This document shows, piece by piece, positions 24,911 through 39,297 of a stretch of DNA of 64,000 nucleotides. The stretch is from Lytechinus pictus (lineage: Eukaryota): NCBI RefSeq assembly GCF_037042905.1, contig NC_087245.1, positions 24,616,001 through 24,680,000 on the forward strand, written 5' to 3'. How positions within the stretch are numbered: position 1 is the first letter of the stretch; every line of letters starts with the position of its first letter. The notes beneath the pieces are model-generated. The model did not search any database. It was given only the letters and a program-made list of their open reading frames with translations, and had not been told where the DNA came from. The translations under genes and the position numbers were made by a program.

Positions 24911-27049
24911 CAGACCTGATGCTGTAGTTCCGAGGATTTTAGGGTCACAAGGTCAGGTCGCAATGGCCACAGAGGCTATTACTTCAAATTAATAGAAGTT
25001 GGTTGTGTAATATATTCTATATTTGGCAATCAATTTTGTGCAGTCAAAAATCCCATCAGTTTCTATCAAATTTAGCATTGCCCACTACCTATACTTTTAT
25101 TGTTCCAGTCACGTAGGGTCTTTTTGATTAAGAAAAAAAAAACCTCTACTGTATTATTGTTTGAAAAGTGATTTTATAAATATTAGATCATTTTGAAATT
25201 AATGTAAAGTTTTTCACAGTGTTCCACAAATAGTTAAAACTGACTAAAAGTCATGCTTAATTATTAATACGCACATGATAATTTGACTTTGAAGTCTTTT
25301 TTCTAAGTACATGTATGCAGTAGTGCGTATCCTCAGATTCTGATCCAAACAATGTGTTATTTTCCAATTTCCACATACAAGTGCAAAAAAAGAGAGAAAT
25401 TTTAATCACTTAAAATCTTTGTGAAACACCTCATTGAGTTGTATCTTCAAGTCAAATGTTCTAGGGACAGTGATATTTCATTCATTAGCAAATCAAAATG
25501 GTAAATCTGTGTTCTTTAATTTTCATGTCTGTAAAAAATCAATGAATTTACCTTTGACAAACGGAATTTGTTTTTGCTGTGTACATTTTAATGACAAAAT
25601 GGATAATCCATTTTAGATCAAATTTTCATAAACCGGAAAGACCATTTATAAAACCGAAAATTACTGTCCCTAATGTCATGTCAAATAGCTTGGACCTGCC
25701 CTATACATGTACATGTGTAAAATTTTCAGTACTTTATACTTACTTTGTATTTTTGCATTTCTTTATGAAAAAACTGATGTAAGACCAGCAGCCGAGAAGA
25801 TTCATTCAAGTTGGAGGACCAGAGCATTTGACCTCATTGATTGCTGGGGTAGGCCCTAGACCTCACAAACATGGCCTGCTGTCTGGTTTGAGCTGGGATC
25901 TTCCTGCCAAAATCACACAATATGTGACATCACTACCAAGAGTTCTATTTTTCAGTGTGCAGAGGAGGGCACTTGACACTGGTGTGCGTGGTATACAACC
26001 TCTAGAATGTAAGTGCTTTATTAATGATTTCAATGATATTTTGTGTAGCCGAGAGTATGTGAGACAATGCAATTGGTTTTCCAGCAATCATTACTGAGGG
26101 CATTTCTGATTAGTTTTGGAGATATTGGGCAGCAATTTTACCAACATTGGGCTTTTTATCCACGTTTTGCACTTTTTGATTTAATTACATTCTGTGTAAT
26201 CCCTGGAATGATATTCTTTGTATTTTGAAAATCAGTCAAAATAATACATTCCTGATGGAAAATTTGATAAATTTGTAGGGGCTTTTGTTGATCCATTGAT
26301 TGCCATCTGTATTTTACCTCCCTGTACTATATGTATTTATCTGCGCTACCTCTTAATTCATCTTTCACATTCTTGCAACATGATATTCGCCATGACTGAT
26401 ATGATAATGTGCTGAGGGGACAAAAACAATTTTTTTTTCAATTTTCAATTATTTACATACTTGATCTCGTTATTTTTTTAAATTAATTATTTAATTAAGT
26501 ATTGTCAATTATTTTGCAATATATTTATTCCTGTGTTCTGTACATGTCAATGTTTTAGACAAACCTATCAGAGATACTACTAGTATTCAAAACTTTATCT
26601 TGATCTATTCCCCATTCACCATAAAATTCATGTTTGTGACGTTTGCTGAGTGTGTATCCATCATGAAATCAAAGCAATGTGTAGAGATTTAGTGGCCTGC
26701 ATTGGAATGACATAGTGATGAGGGTGGCTTCTCGATATCGGTTAGTCCGCAAAAAAAATCAAATGGAAAAAAAAATGTATTTACTCAATTTTGGTTATCA
26801 AGTTTTAACCCATTTTTATGAGGATTGTGTGCTTCAATGGTTTTTCCACAATGTGTAAAAAAAAATGCTCCTCAATTAAAGCAATACATGTACATGTTAG
26901 TCTGAAATCCAGTTTTAGAAGTGCAATGTCAAATTTTGATTTCTTTCCTGCCATCAGTTGTCATTTACTTCTTGATCCATATTACAAGAGCCTTGCCATT
27001 GTAGTGTTTCTATTTGACCCTTGGTGAGATTTGTATTAAGACTTGCATG

Positions 27050-28400
27050 ATTGCTAAATTTCATCAATGGAGCTGTTTAGCAAAGACAGCTTTGGGGCCT
27101 TGTGGCATTGATTAAGATCGTTCAAGAACCAGTTTGTACTCAGAATTGACCCAGGTATCCATTTGGTCTGCACAAGAAGAGAAGAGAGGAACTGTTGACC
27201 TATCTTTGAACACAGCACTGCTGGCTCTCGGAAATTTGGTTCAGTTACATACATATTTTTATTTGGTGTTTGGAAATCTTGTTATGTCAGGATAGCTCAG
27301 GTGTTGTCTGACCAAGATGAATGGTGTCCTTTTCAGTTTACTTGTGGTATCCAGAGCTCTTCAAAACTTGCACATTATCTTTTGTGTGAAATCAAATGCT
27401 GATATCTTATGCAAAGCTGCCAACCAGTAAATTTTTGCCAAAATTAGTATATTTTTTCCAAACAAAATATGGCATTTTGTTTTTCTTCATAAAATGAATG
27501 AAAAAAAAATCATGTCATTGAGAAAATTACCTCTGTGTATATCTCTATTTCATAAAACTTATACAAGTATGGTTCATGGGATAAACTTAATTTCAGGTAA
27601 CTTTCATCTAACAGTTTTTTTTTTTTTTCTTTTTCCAATCAGTAAACTTGAACCATTTTGTTAAATCCACAGTGAGATAGCATTATTAATTCTAATGTTT
27701 TCAGTTTACAAGAGCAGTGCACATTTTGGCATAGAATACATTTCCCCCCCCCCCTTTTTTTTTTTGGGGGGGGTGAACGAAAATACAGTTTGGGGATCAA
27801 AGAATATAATTATTCATTCCCAGAGGTTGGCAGGTTTGTTTATTAGGTGCTGTGCCTTTGATTGTTTTACCAAAGTATGATGCCATGCTTATGGTCTGAT
27901 GAGGATATTAATTGTTTCGTTTGCTAGACATCATGGCACTCTGATATGCATAGCCCTCGTCATCTAAACTTATCACCATCTGGGATTGTCTTTTTCTGAT
28001 ATCCAATGAGAGTGTTGGCTTCTTTGTGGTCGCATGTGGATAGAGACCTAAGTTTTCCATTTTCTAAACTGCCGATTCTGTGTCCTTTGTTCTAAACATC
28101 ACAATCTGTGTTCATCAGTGACATATCCCTGGATATCTTGCACCATCTGCATTGTAAAATCTTTCCTGGGAACTTGCAAGTCTTTCAGTGTCTTTATAAT
28201 GATGTATAGGTCATATTTGCAGACCATCATAGAGCTGGTTCCTGCTTCTTTATTGTTCATCTTATCAGTATCGGGCGAGGTTGAAGGTTCTCAGCCACGT
28301 TCTTGGGCTTGACATGAGGTGCTGACCGTGCTGTAGGGCTGTTCATCCGCCTTCTGGTCCTTGAGTGTTGCAAAGATCCACCCGATCGTCCAATTCATGT
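27050..28400 (-). pseudogene. Heavily decayed coding relic, possibly LINE ORF1, interrupted by a MITE at about 27415-27835
   Basis: Fragments such as DNVQVLKSS and SKLKRTPFILVRQHL resemble the ORF1 C-terminal domain. Many stops. The insert has TIR CTGCCAACC / GGTTGGCAG. Confidence 0.3.
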
Positions 28401-30269
28401 TTTTTCAATCATTGAATCGTCTGGCAGTTTTTCCCTAGGGAAGTCGTATCCTGTGTGAACGAGAAGTGCATTTATTCACTTGGCTGGAGAGAGGTTACAA
28501 TGTTCAAGAAGGCATTTGGTGGAACTTGGCATATCTGATTTGGTTGATCCCATTGTCTTTCAAATTCACATTAGCTCTTTTCTTGGCTTAAAAAAGAGCT
28601 GCTTCATGACCCAAGAGGTGACCTGAGAATCTTGATTATGGTGATTGATGAAAGAGGCTTCAAAGGAGATTATTTTTCTGTTTAATTTCTTCCAACTGGA
28701 GATTTCATTGGATGCCATCTGAAATTTGACATTGCTTCCCTAGACCCTTTGGCTAAGAAATGTTTTTTGCTTTCAGTCTAGAACGAGTTTGTGAAGTTTA
28801 ATTGGGTGCTGTCTGTGAAAATTTGACATTGCGCTTCACTACTAGGGTTCATACATTGTACTGTAATGATTGATGGAGCATTATAAGTTATTGTGGGATA
28901 TAAAGTGCACTTCCTCTGGATTAGCCTATGTTGAGGGCTCGATAAATAGATCTAGATTCACTTGTCGTTTCATTGCCTTGCCTTGTCTCTCAGAGTTCAT
29001 GGTGGAGTGATGGAGAAGTAGCAATCACAAATATTTGATTCCTGTATGGTGGTGAATGAATTCATATGGGAAAACAAAAAAAGCATATATAAAAAACGTC
29101 CCGTCCCCCCCCCCAAAAAAAAAAAAAGTGTCCATGTTGGTTTCTTTCTAAATATTTGACCAACATGCAATATACATTTGAGTTCATAAAAGAATTGCAT
29201 CATGTACAGAAAGGGTGTATTTATTTGCAAAATTGTTTCATTTGCACATTTGATAAGAAAGCCCCCCCCCCCTCAAAAAAAAAGATTAATAAATAAATAA
29301 AATTATAACTATGATAAATAACTGATAATAAATGAATAAAATTTAATAATAAATACCAAATTAATCAATTAAAAAAATGAAATTTAAAAATGAAAAAGAA
29401 TAGAAAGTAATTTTAAAATTAAATATGAAAATGAAGAAAAAAGATGTTAATGTATAAATTATTAAGATAAATGAAATGATACAAATACATAAATAAATAA
29501 AGATATAAAAGTAATTTGTAATAATACTCATAAATTCTATTTTTTAAGAATTTAAAAGACTACTTAAATATCAGTCATGGCTAGTAAATGTTGAATGATG
29601 TGAAATGAAGGCAGATATGGGGAGTGTTTCATGGAGAGGTTTATCAGTGATTTTCACTGATTAGCTCTCAGCCAATCAGATGCAAGGATTTTTAGTCGGT
29701 GAAAATCACAGACAGAAATCTTCATGAAACGCTCCCTAAGATGGACAGTACAGGGAGGTATGGAGAAAGGTCACACTCAGTGGATTAACTGGTATATATG
29801 TAGAGGGGAGGGGGTGGTAATGAAGAAGAGGGTTTTGTTCTAGACCAATTCTGGGGGGGGGGGGTAGAAAATCAATGCATTGTCTTGCATACATTTGGCT
29901 ACACAAAGTAGCATTGAACTTGGAAATAAAGCACCTACATTAAAGATGTTGTTTGCCATGCATGGCAGTGTCCAGTGCCTTGCTCTGCACACTGAGGACT
30001 ATTGGTGGCGCTGTTACACATTGTGTGATTTCTGTCAAGAAGACCTCAGCTCACATTAGGCTGTTGGCCATTTTGTGAGGTTTAGGGGTTTACCCCATTG
30101 TCTCAAGAGGTCATTTGCTCTGGTAACCTCTTTACTTGAATGAATCTTCTTGGCTGCTGGTCATTTTTTTTTGTAATTATTTTTCTTTGACAAAATTGAT
30201 AATAAACCCCTTTAAAAATGAAAAATTATTACTTCTCACTTATGTTTATTTGTGTACACTGACTCGCCC

Positions 30270-30560
30270 TTCCCCTTTGTTTATCCATCGTGATGGCCCC
30301 CCATCTGAAACTTTTTTATCCATTGTGACCCCTTCCCTGCCCCCTTTTATCCATTGTGACCCCCATGACCTTCCCCTTTTTATCCATTGGGATCCCCCTG
30401 CCCCCTTTATCTATATGACCCCGACCCTGCCCCTTTTATCCATTGTGACCCCTCCCCAAGTCCTGCTCCTTTTATCCACTGTGACCCCCTCCCTGCCTCT
30501 CTTTAATCAACTGTGACCCCCCCCCCCCCAGTTGCCCTGCCCCTTTTTATCCATTTTGCA
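30270..30560. repeat. Degenerate minisatellite with a unit of about 30-35 bp
   Basis: Repeated TTTTATCCATTGTGACCCC...CCTGCCCC. Confidence 0.8.
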
Positions 30561-32462
30561 AGCCAAAGTTGACATTTTTCCTGAAACCTCCAGGAATGGT
30601 ATTCTAATAATTTTGGTAGGTAATCTAAAAATGTTGAAGGATTAAAATAAATTAAAATTTATAGATGCATTATCCGGTTCAAATTTTTAAAAAGAAAGGC
30701 CAAGTTATCAATAGAAAGTCAATGATATCTTATTTTCATCCAATTTGGATTTTTGAATTTTCTTTTGCACTTAAACATGCAGATTTTTTAATTTTGTGGG
30801 TAATCAACTTGAAAAAATCAGTTAAATGCAAAATCATGATTTTTACTTATACAGTACTTTCAAGGAAAATGTCATATTTTGGCTTGCAGTAGATCAGGTT
30901 TAATCACCCTTAAATTGAGCATTGCACATCCACAAAAATCACTTCGCTATCTGGGGAAAAAGAATTTGATAAAATAAAAAATTCGAAAAATTGTAACCCT
31001 TGTAGATGTGCAACCCTCCACTAGTGTTCCTCCACCCCCCCCCCTCCTGATCATGGACTTGATAAAATGTTGCAAAATTGATTGAAATTGATGGTAAACT
31101 CTTACTATTTTCAAATATTGATGTCTTCTCATACCATAGCAGCAATTGCTATATTATCCCGTTATTTAGAGATTGAACACGGGTATTTTCACTATACATC
31201 CAAATGGATGCTTGATCAACCACAAAATTTTCCATAATCCAAAATAAAAATCATTAAAATTCATAGAGTGTAACTAGATACCAATCCACTTTGCAACATT
31301 TCGAGTATATTTTTATTTAGAAATAAGGGATATACCCAGAGTGAACTTCATAAAATGAAAGTAATTAAATAGATTTTTGATTAAATTTGTTTGAAGGGTG
31401 TACCAAAATGTGCTATATATTTTTGTTATACATTGAGAGATTAAATACATGAAGAAAAAATGTCATTTCAAAGTGAGAATGAACTTTGGATCAAGTTAAT
31501 GTTTCGTGCACATTTTAAGTGTATATCACAAGGGTTTTGGATCCAAGGATAATTGAAAATTTGTTCAGTTTTTATTTACCATTAAATTGTTGTTTGCTGA
31601 AGTAATAATTTATTTCATGAAGTTCACTCTCTGTCCGCTGTGTGAAAATTGGGTTGACATGGTGAGCATTTCATGAAACAGACCGCCCGTGATTTTCATT
31701 CACTATTGTTATAAGCTCATGTGAATCCTTGCATGTAATTGGCTCAGAGCAAATTGGTAAATGAAATTCACTGGCAAAACGTCTCATGAAATTCACCCCA
31801 TTGAGCATGGGGGGAGAGATAGAAAGAGGAATGATGAAATGAAGTTTTTAATAGAGAAAGTGACCAATGACAGAGTCGTGGGTTAAGTTGGATGTGACTG
31901 AGCAAGAGATATAGACCAACATGAATAGGTGAAATAGTCAGGGTTAAGTTGGATGTGACTGAGCAAGAGATATAGACCAACATTGATAGGTAATATAGGA
32001 CTAAGGTGAGAACAGATGAGTGATTACTGAAAATTGAAATAAACAAAAAAGGCTTTAAAAAACAAAAAAACACGATGACAATTGGGAATGAAATGCAAAG
32101 ATGTTCAAGATGGCCCGGATGTGAAAATGGAAAGGGTGATTTTTTGGGGGGAGGGGGGTAGAATAAGAAAGTATGAATTCAAAATTTGAAGTATAGAGAA
32201 TGATGTTTAAGGATGAGTTAGAAGGGAGAGGATGGATTGTATTGGGTTGAGAAAGAAAGTTGGAAAGATTTACAAAGAAAGCATGGTTGAAATAATGAAT
32301 GCAAATCGTTAATATAAAAACAGTGATGGAAGTAGAGACAATGGGAATTGGGTAATTATGGAATAGACTTCAAGAGAAGACAGAGGGTGAGGAAGGGGGG
32401 AGGGGGCAAGTATTATACGAAACCAGTACGAGAATAAATACAAATAACCAAACGGAGATTAA

Positions 32463-32851
32463 GGTAACCGCACACCTTACGATTGGTCTGCGACCTGATT
32501 TTACAATAAAACGTTGTTACGTTTGATGCCAATATTTTATAGACATGGTACGTCTTACTGTGAAAAAAGTAGTAAATCATCGTAAAAATGATGACTATGA
32601 TAATTATCCTTATTATAATAAAATCGTATATAATATCTAATCGTAATGATGTCATAGCAAGCTAAACATCGGCTACGATTTGAAACCAATTAGACCTATA
32701 CGCCAAAATAAGGCTCTATCAATTATCCAAAATTTTGATGTTAGTATTTTGCAGTCACTTGGAACAGATTCATTCATAATTTTCAGATAACGAGCAAAGT
32801 GGGATTTTACCAAAATCGGGTCGTAGACCAATCTTAAGGTGTGCGGTGGCC
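32463..32851. mobile_element. MITE at a TTAA-like target
   Basis: TIR CCGCACACCTTACGATTGGTCTGCGACC / GGTCGTAGACCAATCTTAAGGTGTGCGG, flanked by TTAA and ATAA. Confidence 0.75.
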
Positions 32852-33778
32852 ATAACACAAAATACCATTTAATAATCAATCAATTTGGGCAAATTTAACC
32901 CAAATGTCATTTGCAGAGATATTTATACTTCGATTTTTTTCAGTGAAGTTCAGAAAAAAGCCCTATACCATTTTATCATTCTACGCCAAGGCTTCAAGAG
33001 ATATCAGCAAATGAAAGCCTACAATACAGTTTTACTTTTCAAATTCTATGCATAATTGCTTGGTCGAACTAATTCTGACGATCTAAAGTTTATCAAATGA
33101 TGATTACCGTAGGTTGTTGCTCTAAAAGTTCACAGGAAATAAATATCAATAACAGGTCTATTATAATGTTGAAGAACCACAAAAGCTGCATTTTTTACTG
33201 AAATGGCATTGAAATGGAGGGATTCTTTAGTGTTCTACTACAAACTTTATGAAGGCAATCAAGTTTAATAAACTCCATAAAACTATGTTTAAATAGTCCT
33301 CTATCTATCTATCTGTCTATCTATCTATCTATTTATCTAATATAATCTACTCATATTGTGGTCTTACTTATCCATTCCTTCAAGTGTTTCAAAAATGCTG
33401 CAAAATTCAACAGATTACACAGTATAATCATGACCTAAGCAATAGTAATGTACGAAACCGATAAGAAAGGAAATTACTAATTGAGTATACGAATTTAAGA
33501 ATGACCACAAAAGTCCACAATAATTCATTTTGAGAAATCAAGGGAAATGAAAGAATTTTTGTATTCATCTAATCATTTGGTGCACTTTTTGGTAGATTTG
33601 CAGGATTATAAATTATTAGTACAAACAAGATCCTGCATGGACCTGGGTCGTTCTTATATTCCATTTCTCAATTGAACGTCAATTCTTAATAGCGGCCACA
33701 TTCAAAATAAGATATATATTTTCATAAAAACGTGGAGCACCTTACCATACTAAGATATACATATAATTATTAAATAAA

Positions 33779-33990
33779 CAGTTCTCAAAAAGTCAGTGAA
33801 CCCCACCACAAAATGCACTCCTTCATGCTGAGTGAAGACAACAAGCCCAGAGCCCAGCGAAACAAACTTAATTGAATGTATTACTTTATCACCTGACTTG
33901 ACAATCAAATATCTAAGACATGGCAGAACACTTGAACACCTTAAATATGTTTATTTTCTGGTGGGGTTCACTAACTTTTGAGCACCACTC
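33779..33990. mobile_element. Tc1/mariner-like MITE remnant
   Basis: Inverted ends CTCAAAAAGTCAGTGAACCCCACCA / TGGTGGGGTTCACTAACTTTTGAG. Confidence 0.6.
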
Positions 33991-36475
33991 ACTGCATACA
34001 AGCATGATGATTCAATTATGATTTGATTACCGATTCAGTGACGCGATACAAACTCGTAAATGAAAGGATATATATCAGGGGCCGCGAAACGGTTTTGAAA
34101 GTGGGGGGGGGGGCTGACCATGCGAAAAATCACAATCAAATGGTAATTGTTACGTTTTTGTACAATATTTTGGAAAGAAAATGGGGGGGGGGGGCTGAAG
34201 CCCCCCCCCCTCCCCCTCCTCGGTTCCGCGGCCCCTGTTTATGTGTGATCCTGTTGCTGACTTAATTAGAGTTTAGTCATGCAAAACATAAATTAAATAT
34301 TAAAATGAGGATTCGATTAAAAAAAAAAGAATAAAAACAAGGATATGAGACGGTGCCCTTTTCCTGCAGGCGATCTGGGACAAGTGTTACTTGTGCGCCC
34401 CTTCAAACCATTTTTTTTTCACGAGGGGGGGGGGGTAGATAGCCTTTTAAGCACATCCTTAAAGTGGCGCCGATCAGGTCGCATGTCCAAAATAAGTATT
34501 AAACGAATTCCATGACGTATGTTTGACAATAAATTAATACCACCTCTTCCATCACACTTTGAAAGTCGTTATTACAGCATGAGAATGTCCCAGGGAACGT
34601 TATATACTAAAATAGAATTCAGTAGTACAGGTAATAGACGAGGGTTACAACTCCCTCGTTTTTTGCAAACATTTTGTCTGAATAAAGCCATAAAAAAGAG
34701 CCAGTTTGGTTGACCCGTTTTGTTGCATTGAATCCTATCGTAGTATCTAACGTCCTCCTGGACATTCCTGTTGGCCAACTGAATCCTTGATCAACCCTCA
34801 CCATGATGAGAGTGCATCGGGTGAACTTTCCAATCATCTTGACCATCGTCACCGACCGGAAATACACCGTCCACATCATATTCCTTCTCTTCATGGTAAG
34901 ACTATCGGTCCTCTCAATATGGTGAACTGTGACGTCAGACCTCATCTCACCGTAAGATAGTCGTATGAGGATGCCTTCCAGAACCGCCTCACCTCCCGAT
35001 GAGAACCTGCCTCCATTCCTCGCTGACCCACGCCAGATGGATGATGATGATGACTTGTGTACTCTAGAGCAGACCTATTCCATTTCAAAATGTGGTTCAG
35101 CATGCATGAGACGGGAATTGATCGTATTCAGTGGGACAGAAGTCTTGGTCGATATGTCAGGCTGATTCTTAGCCTGATGTAAAACAAAAGAAAACAAACT
35201 CAAGTGAAAAAGTCTTATGCGCACATGACAAAAAAGTAACAAACCTATAGGGCCGGTTTCAGGAAGAATTAAATCTATAGTAACTTTTTTTGGGGGGCAA
35301 CAACCATGGCATCATGTCTCGGAAGCCAATCGCAATTAATCTAAAGTTAATATAGTTTTAATTATTTAATTTTTGTTTGATCTGGTGTGTCTCGTATAGA
35401 ACACTTCAACTCCATTAAAGTTGAACCTATGTGGATAAACTGTGCTGGAAAAAGTACAGAACACCCGCCCCGGCGAAAAGGAAAGTGGGAGAAAGAGGGA
35501 GGGGAAAGAGAAGTAAGGGAAAAGGGATAGTGGGGAGAAAAGAAAGGGGACAAGAAAGAAAAAGAAACGAAATGAAAGGGGGCAGAGAGGGGGGGGGGGT
35601 AGATAAGGAATAGAATTGAAAGAGAAAGGCGAAATTAATAAAGGAGGGAGAGAGAGAGAAATGAGAAGGAAGAAATAGAGAGACGAATGAAAAGGAAGGG
35701 AAAATGTCAAAGTTAAAAAAAAGAAAAGGGCAGCTCTATCCTGGCTTGAGCGTATGTTGATATGAAGGGCGGGGACTCACTGAATTTTTTTTTAATTTTT
35801 TTATTATTTTTCTCTTTTTTTGCTTCAAAAGAATGGAAGATAAAAAGGTGATAACTAAAGAAAAGGGAAAATTAAGGTAAGGTGCATGTGGAAAAAGACA
35901 TTGTCTTTGGCAGGCGCGTATCCGTGGGCAGGGTGGGGGCAGAAAGGTGATCGACGAAAGGGGATCGAAATGTTCCCATTTCAGGTCAATATTTAAAGGA
36001 ATAGTCCGGGCTGAAAATATTTATATCTACATAAATAAAGTAGAATTCACAGAGCAAAATGCTTAAATTTCATCAAAATTGGATAACACATAACAAAGTT
36101 ATTGAATTTTAAAGTTTATCAATATTTTGTGAATACAGTAATATATATTCATTCGGTGGGCTGATGATGTCGTATCCCTACGTTCCTTTTTCTTATGTTA
36201 TTACATGAAATCATAATTGTTTCATTTTTTCATACATGTGTAAATGGAGTAGTCGTTTTCATGAAATCGTCATAAATGTGAGATTTTGTAGTTATCTCGT
36301 CCCAAGTTAAGTTGTTCGGGGAGGGGGTACCCTTTTAGGGAGTTATCCTCAGTGGGACTTATTCTAGGAGGTATCCGTTAGCTGGGAGTTGTCTCCTAGA
36401 GTTGACCTCCGGGAAGATGTCTTGATACGTTATTATTATTCTTACAATATCATATTTTTTGATAATCATTTATAC

Positions 36476-36595
36476 CGTCACGCTCAGCATCCCTCAAGCA
36501 CTCATTGAACAAGCTGGGGAATGTACAACGTTGCAGTTAGTAGAGCAACTCATCATCCTGTTCACCACAAGTTGGCGAGCAAAACCAGTCTCGGT
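36476..36595 (-). pseudogene. DUF6589-like gene exon: end of PHD2 and the LRDAxRxG motif
   Basis: ttttag|AC...GACG|gtataa. Reads DRDWFCSPTCGEQDDELLY*LQRCTFPSLFNECLRDAERDG. Phase matches the upstream exon; one in-frame TAA. Confidence 0.75.
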
Positions 36596-37032
36596 CTAAA
36601 ATCGAATTGCCAAAAAAATGATAATCATAATGATGATGATACTCTCATGATGCCACGGATATTAAATTGAAATAAAGCTACATGTAGGGAATTGTCCGAT
36701 GGACAATTCTTATATGAGCGCAGGGTGGAGCAAAATTTTATGTTTTTAGAATGCAAAATTAGGTCAATGTAAGCACGTTGACTACATTTAAAGATGTGAT
36801 AGTTTTTCCAAGCATTATCATAAATATTCATCATAAAATCAAGGAGCTTCAAAACGGAGCTCCTTGATAAAATATATCGTTTCTGTCTTGAAAGGCGGTG
36901 TGGATGACATGCTATCACTCCTCTCTGAAAGGTTGGTGGTGATATTTCCCCACGGATTACATCCGTGACGCGAATTAATTCCCTGGTTCGTGACTTAGTT
37001 GTGCAGTTGGACCAATATGTTTTAAAATTTAC

Positions 37033-37296
37033 CTTGAGAAATCGTAGTCGATCTCACGCAGGAGTGATGGAAGGACTTCCCCTTCTCACAGGAACTGTTC
37101 GAACAAGTCCATTTTAAAATGCCTCCATCTGTACTCCTGCATATACAGAATTGGCCGTTACCAGATTCTGTGCATTCTTTACTGCAGAACCAGTCAGTCT
37201 CTTCTTCCCCGTCTGTCACCATCACGCAGTCCATATGGAACCATCTATCCTTGCAGGTTACATTAGAGCACTCCACCACTGACGTACCATCAAGTT
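37033..37296 (-). pseudogene. DUF6589-like gene exon encoding most of two PHD fingers
   Basis: ttttcag|AA...CAAG|gtaaat. Open frame ELDGTSVVECSNVTCKDRWFHMDC...DWFCSKEC...FCICR...WTCSNSSCEKGKSFHHSC. Confidence 0.85.
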
Positions 37297-38376
37297 CTGA
37301 AAAGTATATGCATAGTTTGTTGATGTGTTATTATTATCACAATTATTATCATCAGATGATTTGTCATTACATACAGATTAGATTTGATGCAGTACAACTC
37401 AGATATTATTATGATTATCATCATCACCATTATCATTATCATCGAGAGAGAAACGCATCTCTTTTATTTTGTTCAGTTAATTAATAACCCTCTTTTAGGT
37501 CAGGATATCAGGGCATTGATTGTATATATGAATACAAAATGTCATTGTGTTATGATGTCATGTAGACACAAATAATTGGACCTCTAGGTCGCTCTCACGT
37601 CCCTGATTATATCAATGGCTCAGAATAGAGTGATCCATTCGTATTATTTTTGTAATGTTGACATAATAATCTTAATATATTGTACGATGTACTTTGTTGT
37701 GATTTTAAACGGTCAATAAAACCAAACCAAACCAAAGAATTGTAATAATTCTGATGATTAATTATACTGAGAACAGTTTATGTCATGGCCCTGGGAAGCG
37801 GGGTGCAGATTTTCCAGGGGGGTGATGTCGTATATTTTCCACAGGCAGCACTCACTGGAAATCCGGTAGATGTGGCAAAATGCACAAATACAACCAGAAG
37901 TGCATGCCTACAAAATGACCTTAACGTTTTAGCACTATCCACTTTACCGCCTTTTATTCACTTATTTGATTTATTTATTTATTATAATTTTTTTGGGGTT
38001 TAAGGTTTGTACAATTTTTCGGAATCCAAATGACCTTCACATTTCAGTGAAATCCTTTTCTGCTTGTAAAATTTGTCCGGACAGAAATTACCTTCATTTT
38101 TTATTGAAATTAATTCTTTGCCTGTCAAATCTCTTGGGACCAAAATAACCTTTATTTTTTCATGAAATACTTTTTCTGCTTTTAAAATTTACATCAGCAC
38201 CCACCCCCTCTGAAAATATCCTTCCAAGGGTCCTGGTTTATGTATGAAATTCAAGGACTATGTATGTTATTGCTCAATTTGAATAATTTTTGCACTCCAA
38301 AAAAATTCGTCATTATTTTGTACCCCCTCCCTCCCTTCTATGATTCAGATTGGGCTCTCACAAACAAAAGTTTTAC

Positions 38377-38572
38377 CTTCTTTGCAAAAGCATAGATTAT
38401 CGTCATATCCTTCGGTGGTTGCATTAATGGTATCTGCAACTTGGTTCATTGGTAATTGGAACCAAGTTCTCCTAAGAATTTCTTCAGCCGCTGAGTCGAG
38501 GTCTGGATCTTTGTTGCCTTCATTGGCCTGTTCCCGAATTATTTCATGTGCGAAAAGCCGACCACAAATGAC
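38377..38572 (-). pseudogene. DUF6589-like gene exon ending at the first CxC of PHD1
   Basis: ccag|GTC...GAAG|gtaaaa. Reads VICGRLFAHEII...EILRRTWFQLP...DDNLCFCKE. Phase 1 joins 37296. Alternative acceptor at about 38583. Confidence 0.75.
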
Positions 38573-39160
38573 CTGGATATGAACTGGATCAAGATAGAAG
38601 GAATACATAGAACATTTTTACTGGCCATGCTGATCAGAGGTTCAAACATTTTATTTTAATGAACACAATCATGATGTTGTGTATTTCTTTTCAACACGAT
38701 CATGACAATATTTATACAAAATTTAAAGAGCGTCAAATATCCATCCAAATTACCCCCGCCCTGAAGAACGAGACGCGTATTCTGAAGTCCAGTTGATTTT
38801 TAAAATCACAGAGTGAGACCATGTCATAGGATTAACCAGACTTCAAAACTTATTATTTTCTGTACTTAGCATCGTATAATAATGTTTTAAAAAGGGCCGT
38901 ACCAACTTGGGGTTTGATGGGCTCGAACTTTCATCGTTTTGGTTTTGTTTGTCAAATTTTCACCGACACGAATTTTGGCCTATTTTAGATGTTTTCTGCG
39001 GAGGAAAATATGTACGAATTTGGTTTACATCTACTTTATTTATTTATTCAATTTGTTTATTCACTTTATCATTTATCTATTTTTACAGAAGAAAAAGTAA
39101 TCTTGCACGGTTCTGTACATTATTACTTGTTCGAGCAACCGATTGAACACATACATGTAC

Positions 39161-39297
39161 CAAGAGAAAATCATCTGTGTGATTGAAACTGGTCATCTGT
39201 TCATTCACGGAACGGTGCCCGAATGCCTCTCTGATGTTCTTTATAACGAGTCTTTCTCCGTGTGAGAGGAGTTTGAATACAATTCAGTGATGATGTC
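39161..39297 (-). pseudogene. DUF6589-like gene exon with a 1-nt frameshift
   Basis: aag|GAC...TTG|gtacat. Reads DIITELYSNSSHTEKDSL/KNIREAFGHRSVNEQMTSFNHTDDFLL. Confidence 0.7.

Noticed and set aside
28000..28050. CDHKEANT peptide resembling the HEEADT motif of XPG/PIN-like transposon proteins
   Set aside because: The expected downstream DTD and GCD motifs were not found, and neighbouring fragments fit a decayed ORF1 no worse.
35360..35720. ORFs in purine-rich tracts (also 3624-3941 and 60285-60858)
   Set aside because: Low-complexity GA-rich or MITE-derived sequence without splice or codon support.
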